Source: Nitrospinia bacterium (GTDB taxonomy: Bacteria; Nitrospinota; Nitrospinia; JACRGO01). Taken from it: 64,000 bases of DNA. The notes beneath the pieces were generated by a model, which had not been told where the DNA came from, searched no databases, and worked only from the letters and a program-made list of their open reading frames with translations. Of this stretch, positions 38,744 to 46,939 are shown piece by piece. The stretch covers positions 1,616-65,615 of the forward strand of contig JAJDAS010000247.1 of the NCBI GenBank assembly GCA_029261755.1, written 5' to 3'. Made by a program: the position numbers and the translations under genes. Numbering within the stretch: the stretch's first letter is position 1; each line of letters opens with the position of its first letter.

Positions 38744-40504
38744 ATGACCAAACCCAGCATTCTAATTATAGACGACGAGGAAGGTATCAGGTTTACCTTT
38801 CAGAAATTTCTTACCAAAGAGGGATATTCCGTATTTACTGCCGGGAATTTCCAGGAAGCCGAGTCATGGCTTAAGAAAAGGTCTTTTGATTTAGTATTCG
38901 CGGATATTATCTTGGGAGATAAATCAGGGATGGATGTTCTGCGAATGATAAAGACAATGAATCTCTCATGCCTGGTGATTATCTTTACCGGAATTCCTTC
39001 CATCGACACCGCGTCCGAGGCCATTAGGCTCGGCGCCTTCGACTATCTTATCAAGCCCGTTAATCAGGCCAAGCTTCTGAGCGAGGCGAATATGGCGCTC
39101 CGCCATAAGGCCGTTGTGGATGAAAAGGAAAAATACCGCTCCAACCTTGAGGCCATATTCAAGAGTGTTCAGGATGGAATCATCACCGTGGATGAGGAAT
39201 TAACAGGGATCGAAATAAACAATGCGGCGGAAAATTTGTTCGGATTATCCCGGAGGCATTTTATCGGAAAGAAATTGAATCACATACAAAACTGGAGAGG
39301 GAGTAAATGTCTGGAGATCCTTGTTGAAACCCTGGAGAAAAGGCGGCCTTTAAAGGCTTATCGCGTACAATGCCAACATGAAAAGGGGAACGAGCGCCTG
39401 ATGACTCTTAGCACCTATCCTCTTTTGAACGGGCAGGATCAGTTCGTAGGCGCTGTGATGACGGCCAAAGATGAAACCTATGTTGCCCACCTTGAAGAGG
39501 AGCTAGGTGAACATCGCCAATTTCACAACCTCGTTGGGAATAACAAAAAAATGCGGGAAATCTATTACCTCATAGAGAAATTAGCTGACGTTCCCACAAC
39601 GGTTCTGATCCAGGGAGAGAGTGGAACCGGGAAAGAACTAGCGGCGGATGCGATTCATCACCTGGGAAACAGAAAAGACAAACCGTTTGTTAAAGTCAAT
39701 TGTTCCGCCTTAACGGAGAGCCTGCTGGAAAGCGAACTTTTCGGACACGTTAAGGGAGCCTTTACCGGCGCAATTAAAGATAAAGTGGGAAGATTTCAAA
39801 AGGCTGATGGCGGGTCTATTTTGCTGGATGAAATCGGGGATATATCGCCGAGAATGCAGCTGCGCTTGCTGAAGGTTCTTCAAAACAAGGAATTTGAAAG
39901 AGTGGGCGAATCCACCTCCAGCAAGGTAGACATTCGTATTTTGGCGGCCACCAACCAGGACCTTTCCAAAAAGGTGCGGGAGGGCTCTTTTCGGGAGGAC
40001 CTTTACTACCGCCTGAACGTGGTAAAAATAACATTGCCTTCATTGAGGGAAAGACGGGAAGACATTCCTCTCCTGCTGGAACACTTCATAAAGAAGCTAA
40101 ATAAAAAACTGGGAAAGGAGATTGCGGGTGTTTCGGAAGAGGTAAAAAGAGGGTTCATGAATTACTCCTGGCCGGGTAATGTGAGAGAACTGGAGCATTG
40201 CCTGGAGCACTCCTTTGTTATTTGCAGCCGGCCAGTAGTTTCCTTTGAGGATTTGCCCTCTGATTTTCCCGGGTACAAAGATTCGGAAGATACGGATGGT
40301 CCTCAACGAATTCTTAAAGCCCTGGAAAATGCCTCCTGGAACAAAGCCAAAGCAGCACGCTTTCTGGGAATGAGCAGAAAAACGCTTTACAAAAAGATCA
40401 AAGGTTACAGTATTGTAACCCCTGAAGAACAAGGGATTCGTAATGAGTTTAACCCGGAACCCTTGAAATTGAAGACCTTAACCCGTAACTTGCACAGCCG
40501 ATAG
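38744..40504 (+). CDS. Sigma-54-dependent response regulator (REC-PAS-AAA+-Fis HTH), NtrC family
   Basis: It has a receiver (ILIIDDEE, FADIILGDKSG, IKP), a PAS region, and AAA+ sigma-54 interaction motifs (GESGTGKE, ESELFGHVKGAFTGA, ILLDEIGD). The C-terminal HTH is KAARFLGMSRKTLYKKIK. The start is placed at ATG 38744. Confidence 0.93.
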   Translation: MTKPSILIIDDEEGIRFTFQKFLTKEGYSVFTAGNFQEAESWLKKRSFDLVFADIILGDKSGMDVLRMIKTMNLSCLVIIFTGIPSIDTASEAIRLGAFDYLIKPVNQAKLLSEANMALRHKAVVDEKEKYRSNLEAIFKSVQDGIITVDEELTGIEINNAAENLFGLSRRHFIGKKLNHIQNWRGSKCLEILVETLEKRRPLKAYRVQCQHEKGNERLMTLSTYPLLNGQDQFVGAVMTAKDETYVAHLEEELGEHRQFHNLVGNNKKMREIYYLIEKLADVPTTVLIQGESGTGKELAADAIHHLGNRKDKPFVKVNCSALTESLLESELFGHVKGAFTGAIKDKVGRFQKADGGSILLDEIGDISPRMQLRLLKVLQNKEFERVGESTSSKVDIRILAATNQDLSKKVREGSFREDLYYRLNVVKITLPSLRERREDIPLLLEHFIKKLNKKLGKEIAGVSEEVKRGFMNYSWPGNVRELEHCLEHSFVICSRPVVSFEDLPSDFPGYKDSEDTDGPQRILKALENASWNKAKAARFLGMSRKTLYKKIKGYSIVTPEEQGIRNEFNPEPLKLKTLTRNLHSR

Positions 40505-40563
40505 ACCGTCCTCCGACCTCCGCCACCCGTCACTCGCAACCCGTTTACCCTCCACAGCATCCT

Positions 40564-40588
40564 GGTTACACATTTGTAACCGGTTACA
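40564..40588. promoter_or_regulatory. Candidate enhancer (UAS) for the adjacent sigma-54 activator: three GGTTACA/TGTAACC half-sites
   Basis: The sequence is GGTTACA-CATT-TGTAACCGGTTACA. It contains the perfect 14-bp palindrome TGTAACCGGTTACA (40575-40588). It lies about 120 nt upstream of the -24/-12 candidate, and an AT-rich tract (40638-40690) separates them. Confidence 0.45.
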
Positions 40589-40702
40589 CTTTCCCCCTTT
40601 TTTTTGTTTTTTTGCCTCTTATACTGCCACCTCCCACATTATAATTATATTATGGTTATTATTTTATAATTATATCATTATAATTTCTCCTTCATTGAGC
40701 TA

Positions 40703-40718
40703 CGGCATGAATTTCGCA
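40703..40718 (+). promoter_or_regulatory. Candidate sigma-54 (-24/-12) promoter of the chemosensory operon
   Basis: CGGCATGAATTTCGCA compares with the consensus TGGCACG-N4-TTGCA. The GG-N10-GC spacing is exact, with GG at 40704-5 and GC at 40716-7. It lies about 145 nt upstream of ATG 40861 and immediately downstream of an NtrC-family gene. Confidence 0.45.
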
Positions 40719-40860
40719 ATACAAGAAGGGGTTAAGACCTTGGCAGCCAGATCAGTGAAACGCAAAGGAGAAGATAGTTAGTCAAGCCTGAAAATTGAGA
40801 GAATTTCTGCGTCTTTTCACCCAAAACTCGTAACCCGCAACTTGTAGAAGGAATGGTGAA

Positions 40861-41418
40861 ATGAAGAGAAAACTTAGAACAAAACCTGAATATAAAACAT
40901 GCCCGTTTATTGAGAATTCCTTGGCAGACTGTTACTGCTCGGACATGAAAAGCCAAAACATTAAACTTGCCCTGAATTTCTGCGGTGGAGATTATAAAAA
41001 ATGTCCCATTTATGTAAAGGCATCAAGAGAAGGGAAAAGAATACTTGTGGCGGAGGATGATGACATTATGAGCTCCGCCCTAAAGGCCATGCTGGAATTA
41101 GCGGGCCATAAAGTCATCACCGCTTCCAATGGCAGAATGGCCCTTGATATTATCCTGAAAAACGAAGGCCCTTCAAATCCGATTTCTCTCCTTATCACAG
41201 ACCTCGAAATGCCTTTGACTGATGGCATAGAACTCATTGAAAAAATAGGCGAACTGAAACAACATATTCCGATTGTGGTAATTACTGGCTACCTGGACGA
41301 ACAAAAGGAAAAAAAATTACTGGAAAACCGGGTGGAGGAAATCATTCTAAAGCCTTTTGTGATGAAAGCTGCCGTGGAAACAGCTAATAGGATTTTGGCC
41401 AAAGAATTGGAAGGTTAA
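40861..41418 (+). CDS. Response-regulator receiver with a Cys-rich N-terminal extension
   Basis: 185-aa ORF. Residues 1-55 carry five Cys (CPFIENSLADCYCSDMK...NFCGGDYKKCPIY). A canonical receiver follows (LVAEDDD, ITDLEMPLTDG, ITG, LKPF). RBS AGGAA is present. Confidence 0.8.
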   Translation: MKRKLRTKPEYKTCPFIENSLADCYCSDMKSQNIKLALNFCGGDYKKCPIYVKASREGKRILVAEDDDIMSSALKAMLELAGHKVITASNGRMALDIILKNEGPSNPISLLITDLEMPLTDGIELIEKIGELKQHIPIVVITGYLDEQKEKKLLENRVEEIILKPFVMKAAVETANRILAKELEG

Positions 41419-41434
41419 TAACAATATTTAAAAT

Positions 41435-43534
41435 ATGAAAAAAGTTCTTTTGATTGAGGATGAAATGATAGTCATTAAAACCCTTCGATTAGCCTTGGAG
41501 GAAGAAGGGTATAAAGTGATTTTCTCCGAATGCGGGGAAAAAGGACTTGCCAAGGCCCGTTCGGAAAGGCCGGATCTTATCCTTCTCGATATTATGCTTC
41601 CCAAAATGGATGGGTTCAAGGTTTGTGAGGCCCTGAAATCGGAAGATGAGTATAAAGCGATTCCCATTATCATGCTGACTGGTTTGGGAGACACGGAAAA
41701 TATAGTGAAAGGATTTTCCGCTGGAGCCAATGATTATGTTTCCAAACCCTTCCATTTAGTTGAACTCCTTGCACGGGTGAAAACCCACATTAGAATAAAA
41801 GAAACCCATGATATTTTAATGGAAAAAGAACGGGAAAAGTCCGCCCTTCTCGATGTCTCCCAGTCACTCTCCTCGGCAGAAGACCCTTGTGAAACTCTAT
41901 TTATGATTGTCTCCTCGGTTACCGGTGTCATTGAGTCCAAACGTTGTTCCATAGTTTATGCCCACACTACAGGCACTACGGGTTGGGTGATGGCGTCCAG
42001 CGATTCGAAGGAAGTCACGCAACTTGAGATAAATTGTAACAAATATCCTGAAATCCAAAAGGTCTTGGAAACAAGGGAACCCTTGGTGATAAATAATATT
42101 TTCCAAGAGCCGCTAATGGCGCCAGCCCTGGGGGTCTTGAAAATTTCAGGCGTCAAATCAATGATGGTTTTTCCCATAATGTTAAAAGATAGGGCCATCG
42201 GCGTCCTTATCCTCAAATCCCCGAAGAAAGAAGTTATGTTCTGTGGCCGCGAGATCAGGTTTTGCCTGGTAACGTCCAACTTGGCGGCCGGCCCGCTGAA
42301 CAATGCGTATCTGGTTGAAAAATTTCACCAGGAAAAGGAACGGGAAAAGGAAACCCGCAAAGCGGCAGAGGAACAACTCCGAAAATTATCCTTGGCCATA
42401 GAACAGAGCCCTAATATAGTGGTTATGACAGACACCAACGGGAATATTAAATATGTTAATCAAAAATTTACCGAAATAACCGGCTATACCTCTAAAGAAA
42501 TACTTGGCCAAAACCCGAGACTGTTAAAGTCAGGCAAAACACCCCCTAAGGAATATGGAAGAATGTGGAATACCATTAACTCGGGCAAGGAATGGAGGGG
42601 AGAATTCTATAACAAGAAAAAGAATGGAGGTTTTTTTTGGGAATCAGCATATATAGCGCCCATTAAGAACCCGGAAGGAAAAATCACCCATTTTGTTTCA
42701 GTCAAGGAGGATATTACCGAAAAAAAACTCGCCAAGGAAAGAGAAAAGCATCAAAAGGAACTTCTTGCCCATGCAAACAGATTAACCTCCATTGGGACCC
42801 TGACGGCCGGAATTTGCCACGAGATCAACAACCCCAATCACCTTGTCATGTTATGCGCCTCAATCATTGAAAACGAATGGATGCAAATTGACGAGTTCTT
42901 TAATTCGAGAAACGACGAAGAAAGTGGCTCATTACCCCAACCCGTTGTCAGGGCATTGACAAATTTTCCAAAGCTCACCAGGGATATTCAGACCGGGGCG
43001 GAAAGGATAGAAAGAATTGTTGCGGGCATGCGTGACTTTTCCCGGTTAGACCCAACCGCCAGTGGCCAAGAAATACAAGTCAAAGACTTAATTTTTTCCG
43101 CAAAAGACCTTCTTTGGAGTCTTATTAAAGAAAGCACCGATCATTTTAAAATTGATATTCCGGACCTGCCCGCCATAAAGGGGGATTCCCAAAAACTGGA
43201 ACAGGTTTTTGTCAATTTGATCACCAATGCCTGCCATTCCCTTACGGATGCAAAAAAGGCCATTGAAATAACCGGCGCCCATGATAAATCCCGAGGTGTG
43301 ATTATTCTCCAGTTCAGGGACGAGGGAAAGGGCATGGACTCCGAGACTTTGCGGAGAGTGATGGAACCCTTCTTTACCACTAAAACAGATTCCGGCGGAA
43401 CAGGGCTGGGTGTATCGATTTCTTTCGGTATTATTAAAGATCATGGAGGTTTAATGGAGTATCAGTCGGAACCGAGAAAAGGTACCGTAGTTATTATCAC
43501 CCTCCCCGTAAACTGTGCCAAATTGAGAAGTTAA
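41435..43534 (+). CDS. Hybrid REC-GAF-PAS histidine kinase
   Basis: It has an N-terminal receiver (LLIEDE, LLDIMLPKMDG, SKPF), a GAF-like region and a PAS domain (NIVVMTDTNGNIKYVNQKFTEITGY). The H-box is ICHEINNPNH and the HATPase boxes are NLITNACHS, DEGKGMD and GTGLGVSIS. Confidence 0.9.
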   Translation: MKKVLLIEDEMIVIKTLRLALEEEGYKVIFSECGEKGLAKARSERPDLILLDIMLPKMDGFKVCEALKSEDEYKAIPIIMLTGLGDTENIVKGFSAGANDYVSKPFHLVELLARVKTHIRIKETHDILMEKEREKSALLDVSQSLSSAEDPCETLFMIVSSVTGVIESKRCSIVYAHTTGTTGWVMASSDSKEVTQLEINCNKYPEIQKVLETREPLVINNIFQEPLMAPALGVLKISGVKSMMVFPIMLKDRAIGVLILKSPKKEVMFCGREIRFCLVTSNLAAGPLNNAYLVEKFHQEKEREKETRKAAEEQLRKLSLAIEQSPNIVVMTDTNGNIKYVNQKFTEITGYTSKEILGQNPRLLKSGKTPPKEYGRMWNTINSGKEWRGEFYNKKKNGGFFWESAYIAPIKNPEGKITHFVSVKEDITEKKLAKEREKHQKELLAHANRLTSIGTLTAGICHEINNPNHLVMLCASIIENEWMQIDEFFNSRNDEESGSLPQPVVRALTNFPKLTRDIQTGAERIERIVAGMRDFSRLDPTASGQEIQVKDLIFSAKDLLWSLIKESTDHFKIDIPDLPAIKGDSQKLEQVFVNLITNACHSLTDAKKAIEITGAHDKSRGVIILQFRDEGKGMDSETLRRVMEPFFTTKTDSGGTGLGVSISFGIIKDHGGLMEYQSEPRKGTVVIITLPVNCAKLRS

Positions 43535-43565
43535 AAAACTAAAAACAATAGGAGTGAGGAAGTAC

Positions 43566-44333
43566 ATGAGGAATTTATTGATCATTAACGAGAACCGTTC
43601 CATACAAATGCTTTTAAATAAAATGGTTTTATCAGAACTAGGCGATTTTTGCGTTACCGAGGCATCCTCCAGTGAAGAAGCTCTTGAAAAACTTCAAAAG
43701 CAAAAATTCAATGTTGTTATTTCCGCTAATGAAACCGGAAGTGTGGATGGGGCGAGCATCTTTAAATTAACGCGTGAATTACCCGAAAACAAAGACACCC
43801 CTTTCATTTTAATGACTTCATCCCAAAAAAATGAAACTTTAGCAAAACTGAAAAATGAAGGCATTGAGCATTATCTTGTAACTCCCTTCGATAAAAAACA
43901 ACTCTCCACCAAGATCAACCTGGCCTGTAACCCAATAAAACTACGGACCAGCGACCGGATCAACATACCGGGCGTCATAGCTAAGGTGCATATGGGAGAC
44001 CACTATGCGAAAGCCAAGGCCGTGAATATGAGTTCCGGAGGGATTCTTTGTGATTTAGATTATTCGCATGGATTCGGAACAAACCTTCTTAAAGAAACAG
44101 GTATTGCGGTGGCATTTCCCAAGGAATATTCCGATATCCGGACAAGGGACATATCGAGCAAGTTTTTGCGCTTAGAAGTTTTGCCCTGCAATAACCATCA
44201 TTCCAATAAACAGGTCCGCGCGAGTTGGCGGTTTGTAGATGTTTCCAATGCGACAAAGAAAATTTTCGAGTTTGTCTTTCAAAAGGCCAGGAAGGATTTC
44301 GATCTATTCCCTATAAAAGAAGACCAAGAGTGA
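43566..44333 (+). CDS. Pseudo-receiver-PilZ domain protein (putative c-di-GMP effector)
   Basis: The N-terminal receiver-like fold lacks the phospho-acceptor Asp (VVISANETG where D-x-x-M-P is expected) and the conserved Lys (TPF instead of KPF). The C-terminal PilZ motifs are RTSDR (RxxxR) and NMSSGG ([DN]hSxxG), at nt 43944-44042. RBS AGGAG lies 12 nt before ATG 43566. Confidence 0.8.
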   Translation: MRNLLIINENRSIQMLLNKMVLSELGDFCVTEASSSEEALEKLQKQKFNVVISANETGSVDGASIFKLTRELPENKDTPFILMTSSQKNETLAKLKNEGIEHYLVTPFDKKQLSTKINLACNPIKLRTSDRINIPGVIAKVHMGDHYAKAKAVNMSSGGILCDLDYSHGFGTNLLKETGIAVAFPKEYSDIRTRDISSKFLRLEVLPCNNHHSNKQVRASWRFVDVSNATKKIFEFVFQKARKDFDLFPIKEDQE

Positions 44334-44413
44334 ACGTACCAATTTAAGTTTTTGAAAAATTAAAATTTTCATTCCTTTTGTACCTGCTTTCTCTCTAAAC
44401 TTCATAAATGTAA

Positions 44414-44495
44414 TGTTGGAATACTGGAATACTGGAATAGTTGGGGAAATTCCATTATCAACATTCCAATTTTCCATCATTCCGGTATTCCAATG
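44414..44495. repeat. Inverted repeat built from GGAAT words at an 8-nt period
   Basis: The left arm is TGTTGGAATACTGGAATACTGGAATAGTTGG, with GGAAT at 44418, 44426 and 44434. The right arm is AACATTCCAATTTTCCATCATTCCGGTATTCCAATG. It lies between the PilZ gene and the first MCP gene. Confidence 0.7.
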
Positions 44496-44547
44496 TCTGA
44501 ATTAAGATGGCAAATAACCCATTTTTTTTAATTAGGAGAACAAGCCC

Positions 44548-46446
44548 ATGAATAAAATGCATTCAATAAAAGTAAGGACATACACACCCTATTTTATGCT
44601 CTTGTTTTTTCTCCTGCTACAATGCGCCATTTTTTACTTCCTGGTAACGGATATGAGCAAGAAATACGCCCAGGTGGATATGGCCGGGGCCTTGCGAAAG
44701 AGGGCAGTGGAGATTGTGGACATCCTGAACCGCCACATCATGAACGACATTGAAGAGCTTGAGAAAGTATTTCAGAAAAAGAGGGCGGAATATCCCGAGG
44801 TTATTAAATCTCTCAGAAGCGGTTCCCATAAGGTTGCCGCCATTACCGATCCGGCGGTCCTGGGAAAACTTGCCAAATTGAAAGAGCAATGGAACGTCAT
44901 GCAAAAAGAGCTGGATCATGCCATGGAGCAAGGCGATGTATTGGTGGCCAATAAAAAAGAGGTGGAGAAAGGCACCTTTCCCATGGTCGGCCTCTTTAAT
45001 GAGATGGTAAAAGACTTCGAAAAGTTGAACCGCGAGGGTAACGGGTACGAAAGGAACATCAACCTGGCGGGAAAGCAAAGGGCTCTTACTTTAAAGATGT
45101 CCTACCTCATGGAGCGGTATTTCACCTCTTACGAGGAAAAAGACACGATCAGGAATGAACTCATGGGAACTGTAACAGAGTTTGAAAAGGCCCTGGAAGG
45201 TCTACAATCCGGCTCCCGAGAACTTAACCTCAAGAAAGCAAGCGGACCGGTGGTGGCCAAACTGAATCTTGCGGAAAAAGAATGGAAGAAAAGGAAGGGT
45301 TTCCTGATTCCGGCTATAAATGCAAAAGACAACTTTTACAAGGGGATTGACGTCCTTATGAATGTTCGAGCCCCAGAGATTGTGGCCTTTGCTGATGACC
45401 TGACTAAAGCGGTAGCCAACGGCGCCAGGGAAGACGCCAAACGGGCTTTGGCGATGATGGCCTGCCTAATATTCTTATCCGTTGCCATCATAATAATTTC
45501 CATGTGGCTTCTCAATATCCATCTCCTCAAACCCCTCTTTCGGATCAGAGAGGTGATCGGAAATATGGCCAAGGGCGACCTGAGCCAAAAGACAGGGATC
45601 AAAATCTTCTTTTTGGGTGTGGACCTGAAAGACGAAGTGGAAGGCCTTGCGGATAGCGTGGATGATATGGGAAGGAACCTTGGTAATCTGATCCGCGATA
45701 TCACGGAATCAACGGACAGAATTGCTTCCACTTCCACCGAACTGGCCGCTTCTTCCGAACAAATGTCCGTTAACGCCGATAGCCAGGCATCCCATGCCTC
45801 CACGCTGACCACCTCCAGCGATGAAATGTCCAGTACCATCATGGACGTGGCAAAAAATTCAACCACAGCGGCCTCCGCCTCCAGGACCGCAAAGGAAAAG
45901 TCCCACGAAGGGAAGGATGTTATCGGGCAATCCCAGCGCGTTATCGCCACGCTAGCGCAGAATTCCAACAAAATAGGAGAAGTGATACACCTCATAGCTG
46001 ATATTGCCAACAAGACTGACCTCCTTGCCATTAACGCGGCCATTGAGGCGGCTAACGCGGGAGAGCAAGGAAAAGGTTTCGCCGTGGTGGCGGATGAGGT
46101 GCGCAAACTGGCGGAAAGGACCACCAAGGCCACCAACGAGATAACCGAAGTCATTACCGTAATTCAGGAAAACACCAAAGGAGCCATCGATTCCATGGAC
46201 CATGCGGGGACCTCTATGGAAATCATAACCAAACAAGTGGACGACGCCACCGGAATGATTGAACAGATCGCCACGGCCACCGAGGAACAATCTGCAACCA
46301 TAATAACCTTTTCCGAAAACATCCGCGTTATAACCGATTCAAGCCGGGAGGTTACCGGCGCCTCTTCGGAAACAGCCAGGGCGGCGGAGGATCTGAGCAG
46401 GCTTTCCTCGGAATTAAAGCAGATGATGGAAAGGTTTAAATTGTAG
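44548..46446 (+). CDS. Methyl-accepting chemotaxis protein with a PilJ/NarX-type periplasmic sensor
   Basis: It has two TM segments. The periplasmic region contains two P-box-like motifs ([12 protein letters not shown] and [17 protein letters not shown]). HAMP and the conserved MCP signalling hairpin follow ([43 protein letters not shown]). Confidence 0.93.
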   Translation: MNKMHSIKVRTYTPYFMLLFFLLLQCAIFYFLVTDMSKKYAQVDMAGALRKRAVEIVDILNRHIMNDIEELEKVFQKKRAEYPEVIKSLRSGSHKVAAITDPAVLGKLAKLKEQWNVMQKELDHAMEQGDVLVANKKEVEKGTFPMVGLFNEMVKDFEKLNREGNGYERNINLAGKQRALTLKMSYLMERYFTSYEEKDTIRNELMGTVTEFEKALEGLQSGSRELNLKKASGPVVAKLNLAEKEWKKRKGFLIPAINAKDNFYKGIDVLMNVRAPEIVAFADDLTKAVANGAREDAKRALAMMACLIFLSVAIIIISMWLLNIHLLKPLFRIREVIGNMAKGDLSQKTGIKIFFLGVDLKDEVEGLADSVDDMGRNLGNLIRDITESTDRIASTSTELAASSEQMSVNADSQASHASTLTTSSDEMSSTIMDVAKNSTTAASASRTAKEKSHEGKDVIGQSQRVIATLAQNSNKIGEVIHLIADIANKTDLLAINAAIEAANAGEQGKGFAVVADEVRKLAERTTKATNEITEVITVIQENTKGAIDSMDHAGTSMEIITKQVDDATGMIEQIATATEEQSATIITFSENIRVITDSSREVTGASSETARAAEDLSRLSSELKQMMERFKL

Positions 46447-46453
46447 GAGCTTT

Positions 46454-46915
46454 ATGGAAATTACTAAAGAAAACACACACAGCAACGAAACCGGCAAATT
46501 CGTGACCTTTAGCATTGAGGATGAATCCTTTGCCGTGAATATCCTGAATGTTCAGGAAATTAACCAGATGAATGAAATTACCATTACCAGGGTTCCCAAA
46601 TCCCCGAATTTTCTAAAAGGTGTCTTGAACCTCCGAGGGAAAATTGTTCCGGTAATTAACTTCAGGGTCCGCCTTGGTCTCCATGAACGGGAATGTGGCC
46701 ATGCTGCCAGAGTGATTATAGCAAAGCTGAAGGGAAACCTTTACGGCCTAATGGTGGACTCTATCTCGTCAGTTGTGGAGTTGGCCCAAAGCAATATTGA
46801 TCCACCGCCTTCTTCCTTGGAAGGAATTGACGCTGAATACATTGAGGGAATATCCAAAGAGGGTGGGAACCTTATGACGATTTTGAATCTTGGGAAAATA
46901 CTCTCTTTTACTTAA
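46454..46915 (+). CDS. cheW: Chemotaxis coupling protein CheW
   Basis: 153-aa single CheW-like domain (FVTFSIEDESFAVNILNVQEI...GVLNLRGKIVPVINFR). It starts 7 nt after the MCP stop. Confidence 0.92.
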   Translation: MEITKENTHSNETGKFVTFSIEDESFAVNILNVQEINQMNEITITRVPKSPNFLKGVLNLRGKIVPVINFRVRLGLHERECGHAARVIIAKLKGNLYGLMVDSISSVVELAQSNIDPPPSSLEGIDAEYIEGISKEGGNLMTILNLGKILSFT

Positions 46916-46939
46916 AAAGTTTACATAAAGACGCAAACC

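Noticed and set aside
40740-40755. A second sigma-54 promoter candidate, TGGCAGCCAGATCAG.
   Set aside because: The -24 GG is present, but there is no GC dinucleotide at the required 10-nt spacing.
45336-46154. Long antisense ORFs inside the MCP genes: 45336-46154 (272 aa), 50198-50797, 50828-51340, 52285-52794 and others.
   Set aside because: They lie opposite the highly conserved Ala/Ser/Glu-rich MCP signalling domains, where the repetitive codon composition keeps the antisense frame open. Their translations are low-complexity (S/A/T-rich) with no motifs, while the sense-strand products are unambiguous.
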